A stretch of DNA of 64,000 bases from a virus, in the IMG/VR virus record IMGVR_UViG_3300042566_000478, positions 27,770 through 91,769 of that record. One strand, given 5' to 3'. The notes beneath the pieces were generated by a model. The model saw only the letters and a list, made by a program, of their open reading frames with translations, was not told where the DNA came from and did not search any database. The position numbers and the translations under genes are program-made. The stretch's first letter is position 1; every line of letters begins with the position of its first letter. This document shows positions 10,097 through 18,656 of the stretch, one piece after another.

Positions 10097-10200
10097 GAGA
10101 AGGACTTCTTCCTTCTCTGCCATCCCTGGTTTCCCCTTTCTACAGGGTTGGCTTTTAGGATTGAGGGTGGCAGGGTTTCCTTCTTTGACCTGCCACTCTC
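10097..10200. promoter_or_regulatory. Three tandem stem-loops upstream of the replication operon
   Basis: Inverted repeats at 10097-10117, 10119-10152 and 10163-10200. Confidence 0.65.
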
Positions 10201-10202
10201 TC

Positions 10203-10781
10203 CTATAACTGTTTGGTCTGAATAGACCCGTCAGAATAGACTGTAATCTGCATTACAGGCTTTACAACGGTCAAAACCTTCTCCATGCGTGGGGTAGACA
10301 CTACTTCAGGTTTTGGCTCATCCTGGGGCTTCCTAGTGGCCTCTGAGGGGGTATGACCAGGGTCTACCGCTAGTGGAGCAAGCCCATTGGTCAGTTCCAA
10401 GCATTCAAGGTTTCGGTCACTTGCCCCAAAAACCAGTTCTTTGGTCAGTTCCGTAGGTTCTCCAGACTCGTCTGTATCAAACAATACAAGGACTTTAAGT
10501 GTGTTCTCTGAGATGGTTTGGGCTTGTGCAAAAGCATCTTCTACAAGATTCTCCATGTGGTAGACAATCAAAGAAGCGTCAAGAACTGACGGGTGTACTT
10601 TTCCTGTTGAGTACACAATGAATTTTTCATTGCGAGTAATAAGCCAGTCAAGGACTCGTGCTTGACCTGCGGTTGGTTTACCTGTCCAAATGACATGGAA
10701 GCAAGTTCCTTGTGTGTCGTTCAGCCCAGTTTCAATTACGTTTGCGGAAGCGTTTCCTGTTCCACCGATTAAGTATTCCAT
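10203..10781 (-). CDS. Hypothetical protein
   Basis: 192-aa ORF with RBS AAGGA. Confidence 0.7.
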   Translation of the reverse strand: MEYLIGGTGNASANVIETGLNDTQGTCFHVIWTGKPTAGQARVLDWLITRNEKFIVYSTGKVHPSVLDASLIVYHMENLVEDAFAQAQTISENTLKVLVLFDTDESGEPTELTKELVFGASDRNLECLELTNGLAPLAVDPGHTPSEATRKPQDEPKPEVVSTPRMEKVLTVVKPVMQITVYSDGSIQTKQL

Positions 10782-10790
10782 GTTGTTTCC

Positions 10791-11045
10791 TTATTTGATT
10801 GATTTTTTATGTGCCATATCTCCAGTTAGGGTGAGTAAGCGTAGCAGAGTGTGTACTGCTCCTGCAAGTGTCGCTACCACTAAACCTGACAACCATCGTT
10901 CATCAAAAGGAACAATAAAGATTGTAATGTAAGACAATATTGTTCCTGTAGTCACTTTAACCCAAGGCATTACTTCTTTTGGTAATAATGATTCAATAAT
11001 TTGTAACGCTTTGTAAACGGCTAATGCACAGATTATGTAGTTCAT
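10791..11045 (-). CDS. Small membrane protein (possible holin)
   Basis: About 3 hydrophobic segments and a basic C-terminus; ATGA overlap with upstream stop. Confidence 0.55.
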   Translation of the reverse strand: MNYIICALAVYKALQIIESLLPKEVMPWVKVTTGTILSYITIFIVPFDERWLSGLVVATLAGAVHTLLRLLTLTGDMAHKKSIK

Positions 11046-12670
11046 GTAAGTCCTGGAATCCAATCGTAAACAATCTCGTAGTCAATGTTTGTGTCAAGTA
11101 GCATGGTAACGGGTAGCAACTGCGGAATCAACTTTTCTATAGCAAGTTCTGTCTTGCCTTTGTTAGTTGAGTATGTAGAGTAAGAAGCATATTGTGCTCC
11201 ATCCCACTGGGAATCCGAAAAGTTATCTTGGTAAATAAATCCACCAAAGTCTGAATCACCATTAAAGAATGTTCCATAAGTTTTTGGTTCAACCATCCAC
11301 TGGTTTACCAATACAGAGTCATTTGCATCAAGTGCGTAAATGAGTACTGGGTATGCCATAGCACTAGCACTATCTGGCATCAGAATTACACGGCGTTCAC
11401 TTGGTGATATTTCAACAGGGATTAAATTGTCTGTCTGTTCATCTGTGTTCCACTCAGTCCAAGCGGCTGATGCTGACCAATATGAACCCCAGATATCGCC
11501 ATCACCATCAACCATTATTGAGTTCCAATAGTCAATGTCATTGTCTACTGGTACAGCAGTTTTTGAGACAAGGGCAAATTGTGCAGAAGCAGAACTTGCA
11601 TTTGTTACAAACAAACCACCTTCAACAGATGCGTAAGTGCAAGATGCACTTGACGAACTGAAATCCCATTTTTTAGTTCCAGATGTAACAACAAACTCAG
11701 AGTCAGCAATGAGGTTTACTTTTTCTGCATACACACGAAATGTATACCGTGGTGAAGAGTAGTTCTCAATAATTTCTACTTGGCAACCAGTAACAGCAAT
11801 TAAATATTGTTTGATTGCAGACAATGTTCCTTTACGTTGTCGGTAGTATCCAATGTCTTGAATTATTTGTCGGATGCGAGAAATACCAATGTCATCTGGT
11901 GTTACTTCCAGCCCAAACATGTCTGCAAGTAGCGTAAGTGATTGTGATTCAGTTACGTTTGGGTCATAGTGTTGCATTACAGAATCAAACAAAGTTCGTG
12001 TTCTGTTTAACTCAAAACCAAATGTGCTGAGGTATCTTTCCAACTGACCACGGTCTAGCCCTTGTGGGTCTAGGTTGCGCCCATACGTGTCATTTACACG
12101 GTGATGAGTAGGTATGCGTGACCAAATTTGCTCTTCGGAACCATAATTATATGGAACAAGTTCTTGTAGGTAAGCCACACGTTCGTACCAGTTGACTGCA
12201 CTGATTCCAGTACCACCCTGGTTCCAATGTAAGAACATTGAGTAGTACGCCCATTGACCTGTAGGAACACCATTATGTTCAACTGAGTAAACTGAGTCGT
12301 ATGAATACTGCGTTTTGATTATTGCACCGTCACGAACTGTTTCTGGTGGTCCAGTTGGCGAATACACAATAACAATGTCAGTAACTACCGAACTCTCACT
12401 TAAGTTTTCTTCTGCTGGTGTGATTGTAAAGTTTGTCCACTCAAGAAGTACTGAAGAGTAGGAGTTAGAAATTGCTGTAAATGAAGCAGTTGTTGTTAAG
12501 TTTTCTGTAACAAAAACAATTCCATCGGAACGTATTGCTGAGTCACTGTCTAGTCTGGTAAGACCAGTAGGTGTTGTGGTACTAATACCACGAACATAAG
12601 AACCAAACGGGTTTGCATCTGGACTTAACTCTAAGTCAGTCCTTCGTACTCTAAAGGATACTCTTGCCAT
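11042..12670 (-). CDS. Baseplate wedge / tail protein (P2 gpI-like domain)
   Basis: LERYL..FG...LADMFG...YYRQRKGT..AIK pattern; follows the J-like gene. Confidence 0.75.
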   Translation of the reverse strand: MARVSFRVRRTDLELSPDANPFGSYVRGISTTTPTGLTRLDSDSAIRSDGIVFVTENLTTTASFTAISNSYSSVLLEWTNFTITPAEENLSESSVVTDIVIVYSPTGPPETVRDGAIIKTQYSYDSVYSVEHNGVPTGQWAYYSMFLHWNQGGTGISAVNWYERVAYLQELVPYNYGSEEQIWSRIPTHHRVNDTYGRNLDPQGLDRGQLERYLSTFGFELNRTRTLFDSVMQHYDPNVTESQSLTLLADMFGLEVTPDDIGISRIRQIIQDIGYYRQRKGTLSAIKQYLIAVTGCQVEIIENYSSPRYTFRVYAEKVNLIADSEFVVTSGTKKWDFSSSSASCTYASVEGGLFVTNASSASAQFALVSKTAVPVDNDIDYWNSIMVDGDGDIWGSYWSASAAWTEWNTDEQTDNLIPVEISPSERRVILMPDSASAMAYPVLIYALDANDSVLVNQWMVEPKTYGTFFNGDSDFGGFIYQDNFSDSQWDGAQYASYSTYSTNKGKTELAIEKLIPQLLPVTMLLDTNIDYEIVYDWIPGLT

Positions 12671-12672
12671 AA

Positions 12673-14472
12673 TTAAACGGTGATTCCTCCGCTAGAAGTA
12701 ATAACAATGTTCTTTAACAAAAGAAGAGATGCTTCTCCAGAACGCACTCCAGATACAACAGGGTCCGAGCCAACTACGTCAATAACATCGTCAACTAAAC
12801 CAGTTGTAAATTCTTGTACAGTTGTGTACTGAACTCCATCTACGGCAAGAATTGTTTGGTACAACTCTCCAAGTGTTATCGTTTGGTTGAAATCAACATT
12901 TTCAAATGAGAACATGTCTTTAACCGCAAGAGCAACATCTTCTTCAATTGCATCACGAACATAGTTAGGCAACACACTTAAAGTAAATTTAATAGAAACT
13001 TCGTCAAGTTCAACTTCAGGCATTACGACCATGTTTACCCCCACCATGCTTCGTGGGTCAATGTAATCGTAAATTGTGTCTCGCACTTCTGTATCTAATG
13101 CAAGTGGCCCAGTAGTAGGGTCAACAGACACGGTTCCGTCATAATCGTTAATGTTTCCCAACGCATAGATTTTTACTTGAGCGTTTCTAACATAACCATC
13201 AGAAACAGATGCTGAAGCAACACTTGCTGATGCTAAATCATAGCGAAGTGTGGTTCCACTGCTACCTGTTTTTACTACATAAGTACCATTGAATGTGTCG
13301 TCAATATTGAACACTGCGATTGTTTCTCCCACAGAAAAAGTGTGTGAAGAATCGGTAGTTAGTTGTGCAACACTTGCTGACAATTGTTTGTTTGTAATGC
13401 TTACTTGTTTAGCAGCAACATTATTTAATACCGCTTTTGCTTTAACAACACCAGAGGTACGAAGTGTGAGGTCTTGGTAGTCCGTCAATGACACAGCACG
13501 GTCTTGCGACCTAAATGAAGATGTAATGTTTTTACGTAAGATTTCAATGCTTTCAGGATTTGCACCACCAAATGCTTTAACTGTGTTTGGGATAATAACA
13601 AGACCGTCATACCCTGCACCAATACTTGAATCTAGTGATTCAAATTCAGTAATGGTATTAGCGGATACGTTTCCTTCAGCGCCTCGTGAAGTCCTGTAAG
13701 TAACAGTAATTACAGAGTTAGTGGTTGGTACTTTTCCGTTTGCGTTGTTACCAAAGGTAAGAATCGTGTAGTCATCCGATGTAATGCGTGTTGAATATAC
13801 AAGGTCTGTTCCAGTAGCATCAATCAGTCGCTCAATTTGAGAATAAGAAACAGAAGAGCCACCAGGTCCTTCATTTACAGTAACTGTAATTGACCTACCT
13901 ACTACGTTTGGTTGGTTAAGAATAATCTGTTGATTTGAACCATTAATGCTTGTGTAGGACTCAGTATAAATTTCACCCTCAGTAAGTGGGACTCGGATGT
14001 TTCCGTCTGATTTTGAGTACGTAACATAGTTAGGAACATTTGTTCCACTTACGTTTATAGCAATTGGTGCTTGACTTAAAAAGATAACGTCAGAATTATC
14101 ATATGGAGATTTACCAACAAACCTAGTATTTCTAGGAATAAGAACTGGCGCTTCATCTGTGCAGATAGAATCAGAAGGATTAATGAAGATAATCGCAGTT
14201 GCGTTACTTACTCCTTGTGCTTTGTAGTCTAAGAGGCTTGCTAAAGCCAAAACGCTTGACCGTTGTGTAGCGGTTTCCAAAAATGCTTCCTGTGCAACCC
14301 TGTCAAGGTAGTAGTGGAGTGTGTCGCCAAGGTATGCCCATAGGTCAACAAACACCATGCCAAAGTCCGTTGCTTCACGAGATGTCCATTCGGGGATAGT
14401 TTCTGAAGCACGTGAAAGCAGGTCTTCACGAATAGACGCATAGTCCCTATTGGTATAGTCAAATTTCATCAT
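12673..14472 (-). CDS. Baseplate J-like wedge protein
   Basis: DYTNRDY.SIR, DFGMVFVDL, FLETATQR, FGN...GKVP, RAVSLTDY. Confidence 0.9.
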   Translation of the reverse strand: MMKFDYTNRDYASIREDLLSRASETIPEWTSREATDFGMVFVDLWAYLGDTLHYYLDRVAQEAFLETATQRSSVLALASLLDYKAQGVSNATAIIFINPSDSICTDEAPVLIPRNTRFVGKSPYDNSDVIFLSQAPIAINVSGTNVPNYVTYSKSDGNIRVPLTEGEIYTESYTSINGSNQQIILNQPNVVGRSITVTVNEGPGGSSVSYSQIERLIDATGTDLVYSTRITSDDYTILTFGNNANGKVPTTNSVITVTYRTSRGAEGNVSANTITEFESLDSSIGAGYDGLVIIPNTVKAFGGANPESIEILRKNITSSFRSQDRAVSLTDYQDLTLRTSGVVKAKAVLNNVAAKQVSITNKQLSASVAQLTTDSSHTFSVGETIAVFNIDDTFNGTYVVKTGSSGTTLRYDLASASVASASVSDGYVRNAQVKIYALGNINDYDGTVSVDPTTGPLALDTEVRDTIYDYIDPRSMVGVNMVVMPEVELDEVSIKFTLSVLPNYVRDAIEEDVALAVKDMFSFENVDFNQTITLGELYQTILAVDGVQYTTVQEFTTGLVDDVIDVVGSDPVVSGVRSGEASLLLLKNIVITSSGGITV

Positions 14473-14882
14473 AATGGGGCATCCTCAGTTAACTGGAGTG
14501 GATTATTAATTGTATATGTAGTGGTCTTTACCATGTTTGTATATGGAAACTGGTAAGTAACCCTAATCCCAAGACTGTTTGGAAGACCAGTGGATATGTC
14601 TCCCTGTTCTATTTCCTGAACATCTATAGAAATAATGGTTATTGATGGTATTAAGGTGCGTAGTTCAGCAAGAGACTCCATCTTAAACTCTTCAAAAACA
14701 AGTGGGTCAAACGACTCAAAGAGAAGGCTGTAGGAGTTTGAGCCAAATAACTGACTCATCGGGCGTTGACCTTGTTGAGAAAGTAGATATTCTCCTATCT
14801 GCTGTTCAACATTAGTCTCAACATCCAATACGGCTTCTGTCTTTCCGTACTGATTAATTTGGAATGGGTATTTAAGAATCAT
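14469..14882 (-). CDS. Baseplate wedge gp25/GPW-like sheath initiator
   Basis: YPF...LLS..GQRPM...FGS...LLFE. Confidence 0.85.
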   Translation of the reverse strand: MILKYPFQINQYGKTEAVLDVETNVEQQIGEYLLSQQGQRPMSQLFGSNSYSLLFESFDPLVFEEFKMESLAELRTLIPSITIISIDVQEIEQGDISTGLPNSLGIRVTYQFPYTNMVKTTTYTINNPLQLTEDAPL

Positions 14883-14889
14883 AAGACAG

Positions 14890-15126
14890 TCATCCTTGTG
14901 GGTTTACATTAAGAATAAAAACATTAGTAAAAGATTCATCATCAGCAGTTACAACTACTTGTTCTCCGTTTTGTGGCATAGGCCAAACTCCATCAATTTT
15001 CTTTCTACCAATTTTAGAAATTGTTATTGATTTATCATTACCAAACTTGGTAGGAATACGAACCCGTATCTCCCCAGTCTCTGAGTTAGTATAAGAAACA
15101 ATTGCTCTGTAAATGTTAGTAAACAT
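14890..15126 (-). CDS. Baseplate spike N-terminal OB-fold protein (very short)
   Basis: YRAIV...GEIRVRIP...P..GEQVVV gp5/gpV-type OB motif. Confidence 0.7.
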   Translation of the reverse strand: MFTNIYRAIVSYTNSETGEIRVRIPTKFGNDKSITISKIGRKKIDGVWPMPQNGEQVVVTADDESFTNVFILNVNPQG

Positions 15127-16279
15127 AAGCCATCTCTTTTTCTGTTACCCATCGTGCTTGGATTAAATTTGATTTGGGAGGTTTCTTATACTGCGGCTCG
15201 TTTATAAATGTTCCAGCAACATCAATTGTTGAATCTGTTTTAATACAAAGTTTTGTAATGTAGTGGTCTGTGTTAATAGAGTGTTCAACATTTTCTACAA
15301 TCCAGTAACCATCAAACCTTGAATCATAGTTTTTAACTAGAACTAAAGAACCAGGAACTGGGGTTGAAATACCAGCGACTGTTACTTCTGCATAATAAGG
15401 AAAACTGTTTAATTTATAACCTTTTGTCATCTGGTTTAAATGCGCTTTAGATTGAGATTGAGTAGATATGCTATGCGTAAATCTGTTCTTTACTTTTTTT
15501 CCTAAACGTGTTCCTGCCAAAGCAGAGGTAGAACTTGTAATGGTTTTTCCTCTTTTATCAAGCGTGTTGATGTCATAGTTATGACTATTGCCGTATGGTG
15601 TGACATCTCCAAATGTTCCTTTAAACTCTAAGATGCTTCCAGGTTTTCTATTCTTACCTGCTGCTCTCCCTGGAGACTCCAACTCCGTAATAGGTTGATT
15701 ATGAAAATATCCAGAGAATGGGTCATACACATTAATGTGTGAACTAGTAGCGGTAACACGGTATCCAAACTTGTTTACCTCAGTTACAAGTAGTTCCCAA
15801 TCAGATTGATTCTGTTGTGAAATAACTGGAATAACAAAGTCATTATTAGGAACTGAGTACGAGGCGTTGTATTTTTTTGCCAGAGTTTTTACCAACTTAG
15901 ATATTGTTGTGTTTTTATATACAGTGTTACCAATTGTTTTCATTTCGTAACTAGTACCCATACACACAATCTTTGCTTCTTGTATTAATGAGTTGTTTAC
16001 AGAACCCATTCTGCTATAAGCACCAGCATCTACATAAGCCACATACCCATAGAATGCTTTTTTATTTGCGGAATTATTACCAAGAGAAATGTATACGGGT
16101 AAACCAACATAGCCAGTGATTGAAGAGGCTGGAAAACCTGCATAAGTAATTACTGCCATGTCGTGCTTGTCTTCGGCATATGAAACTTCTACAGCAACAA
16201 TACTTGAGTCACTCACGTTTCCACCGAAGACAGATACATCAAGGAGTACCCCTTCATTAAAAAAGTCTTTTCTAATCAT
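15116..16279 (-). CDS. Baseplate hub (gp27/VgrG/GpD-like)
   Basis: Q.NQSDWELL; FDGYWIVENVEH; synteny. Confidence 0.8.
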   Translation of the reverse strand: MIRKDFFNEGVLLDVSVFGGNVSDSSIVAVEVSYAEDKHDMAVITYAGFPASSITGYVGLPVYISLGNNSANKKAFYGYVAYVDAGAYSRMGSVNNSLIQEAKIVCMGTSYEMKTIGNTVYKNTTISKLVKTLAKKYNASYSVPNNDFVIPVISQQNQSDWELLVTEVNKFGYRVTATSSHINVYDPFSGYFHNQPITELESPGRAAGKNRKPGSILEFKGTFGDVTPYGNSHNYDINTLDKRGKTITSSTSALAGTRLGKKVKNRFTHSISTQSQSKAHLNQMTKGYKLNSFPYYAEVTVAGISTPVPGSLVLVKNYDSRFDGYWIVENVEHSINTDHYITKLCIKTDSTIDVAGTFINEPQYKKPPKSNLIQARWVTEKEMAYVY

Positions 16280-16527
16280 TGTGGTATACGTATTTCCATT
16301 CCAGGAGCAAGGTCTAATGGAAAAGAAATCTGTGGGTTTACATCAGCAATACGCCACCATTGTGATGCATCTCCAAATAACTTAAACGCCATGTTTTCAA
16401 TAGTGTCTCCCGATGTGACTAAGTAACGAGAAACTCTTACTGGGTCTGAGTCTTTACGTGTAGCAATAATTTTTCCATCTGCACCAATCTCAGAACTTAC
16501 AGCGTATCTAGATAGACCATTAATCAT
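16276..16527 (-). CDS. LysM / tail protein X (gp53-like)
   Basis: GDTIENMAFKLFGDASQWWRIADVNP...PG.EIRIP. Confidence 0.85.
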   Translation of the reverse strand: MINGLSRYAVSSEIGADGKIIATRKDSDPVRVSRYLVTSGDTIENMAFKLFGDASQWWRIADVNPQISFPLDLAPGMEIRIPQ

Positions 16528-18656
16528 TACATACCTACTGACTTAAAGAAAGAAACACCTTCACCAGATACGTTTGCACCTGCACCAGTTATATCACGAT
16601 AGCCACCGTTATTCCATGCGTAAAACCATTCATTGTTATCCATAAAAGCATTATGAACTTCAACTGTTTGTTTTTTATAGTGCCAGTCGTACAAAAATAT
16701 TGACTGTCCTGGCATCACATCATCTTCAATTCTCCAACGAATACCTAATTCAACAGTAAACTTGTCTTGTTCAAACGGTTTAAGCAGTGTTCCTGCTGTG
16801 ATGTCTGTTCTATTTGTAGTATCAAATGTCCAGTCAGTACCCTCACCTTCGGTAAAAAACCACCGATTAGTGGATGTTCCACCTTTGTTGGTGTGCATCA
16901 GGTCTTGACCAAATCTTCCAGTATCTGCTGTGGCTAACTGACCCTCTACCTTAAACACCCACGGGTCTTTTTCAGTTCCCCATTGGGCAAAATCGGTTGA
17001 AGATTGTTTTGGTGGTGCTCCTGGTTTATAGATGTAACTTCCAGGTGCATCAGCAACGAATGTTTGACGAGTCTTTGCAGTTCCATTTGTATTTACTACG
17101 TGGGAATCCCAGTATATTTTTAACACTCCATCCCAATAAAAACTAAAGTTCTTTCCCTCACTCTTCCATTGGTTTATCCAGTCTTCACCGTTTTTACCAA
17201 TGCGTGTTTCTTCACTTATCCAAAACATTACTGATGCTTCATCTGTCTGTTCAAACAAATGTTTAAACAAAAGAGCAGGTTGTTCTGGTCCACTTGGTGC
17301 GGGTGGTATTTGTGTGTATAGATACTTACCGTTTCTAGGTACGTGGTTTATAGAATAAATTCTGTTAAAGAAGTCTTTTTTCTTTAACAAGTCATCGTAT
17401 TCTTTATACCTATCAAACTCAGGAGTGTTTGGAGATGGTGTTGTTACAATTGGTGCATTATTATCACCAACACCAATGTCTGGCAACTGAGTAAGGAACG
17501 TGTTCTGTTGAGCAAAGCCCATGTACAAAGCCTGCATTTGAATCATTACAGTTGCTTGTGTTGGAATCATGTCAGAAGAGAACTTATTAAACGTAACTTG
17601 AATTGATTGGACAAATCCTTCAACCATCATCCACTTAGTAAATAGAATACGAACAGGTGTAGGTGTAAGAAATGCTTTGTTACCAATGTTCATTGAGTAT
17701 GCGTTATACCTATTTTGGTCAATTTTCTTAGTGTCTTCACCCGTTGGGTTAGTTGGAGAACTAGGTGAGTCTTTAGAAAATCCCCACTTGTTGCCAGCAG
17801 CATCAGCCTCTTGCTCACTTTGTATGGCATTATAAATATCTTTTGCAAGACCTTGACCAATAACGTCATCCAAAATTAAAATGTCAGCGAGTACACCAAT
17901 ACGTGTTACCCATGAAGGGTCATATGGTTTTGATGGGTCTAAATAATCTATTGTGTTTGTTATGTTTTCTCTAAAGTTTGCTTTTACTGTTTTATCCCCA
18001 ACAAGGTATCTTTGTGAGGCAACCTCTGCTTCTCGGTTAAACAAAAGTTCAAAAGCAAAACCAGCCTTACCAGGAATTGGTTGGGCTAACTGAGATGGGT
18101 CTTGGTTAAAGAAGAACTGCATATCGCTTTCAGCAGTAACCATTCTTGTAATGTTGTCAGGGTTAAATTGAAAGTTACATTTCATATTTCTAATTGTTGA
18201 AGCAGTTGACTTACCAGTAGTCTGCGCTTGTTTATTTTCTTTATCGTAAAACTCAGTAAGTCTACGAATATAACCACGTTCTACTGTTACTGTTTTATTG
18301 TTTACCGCATCACGATTTGTGTAACCTGGATAAATAAATCTAGGGTTTTGGATACCACCATTAGGGGTATTCCATGATTTGTTTAAAGCACTGTTTGGGT
18401 CATAGTCATAAGCACCTTTTAATGACGAGTCAGGTCCGTCAGCAGTAGTACCAGTACTAGATGTAACACCAAAACCACTTCTACCGTTAGCGTCAGTACG
18501 TTTAATAGCACCAGCCGATGCCTGTTTTTTAGTATTGACTTTTACTATTGGAGTATTAACATTTGCATTCAAAGTTTGCAAACGAACTTGTTGCGCTTTT
18601 TTAGAAGCATAAGCATCAGCCTTTGCTCGTGCTTCTGGGCTATTTTCTCCAGCCAT
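16527..18656 (-). CDS. Tail tube initiator-like protein with extensions
   Basis: FQFNPDNI...EGFVQSIQVTFNKFSSDMIP; lies between tape measure and LysM gene. Confidence 0.65.
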   Translation of the reverse strand: MAGENSPEARAKADAYASKKAQQVRLQTLNANVNTPIVKVNTKKQASAGAIKRTDANGRSGFGVTSSTGTTADGPDSSLKGAYDYDPNSALNKSWNTPNGGIQNPRFIYPGYTNRDAVNNKTVTVERGYIRRLTEFYDKENKQAQTTGKSTASTIRNMKCNFQFNPDNITRMVTAESDMQFFFNQDPSQLAQPIPGKAGFAFELLFNREAEVASQRYLVGDKTVKANFRENITNTIDYLDPSKPYDPSWVTRIGVLADILILDDVIGQGLAKDIYNAIQSEQEADAAGNKWGFSKDSPSSPTNPTGEDTKKIDQNRYNAYSMNIGNKAFLTPTPVRILFTKWMMVEGFVQSIQVTFNKFSSDMIPTQATVMIQMQALYMGFAQQNTFLTQLPDIGVGDNNAPIVTTPSPNTPEFDRYKEYDDLLKKKDFFNRIYSINHVPRNGKYLYTQIPPAPSGPEQPALLFKHLFEQTDEASVMFWISEETRIGKNGEDWINQWKSEGKNFSFYWDGVLKIYWDSHVVNTNGTAKTRQTFVADAPGSYIYKPGAPPKQSSTDFAQWGTEKDPWVFKVEGQLATADTGRFGQDLMHTNKGGTSTNRWFFTEGEGTDWTFDTTNRTDITAGTLLKPFEQDKFTVELGIRWRIEDDVMPGQSIFLYDWHYKKQTVEVHNAFMDNNEWFYAWNNGGYRDITGAGANVSGEGVSFFKSVGM

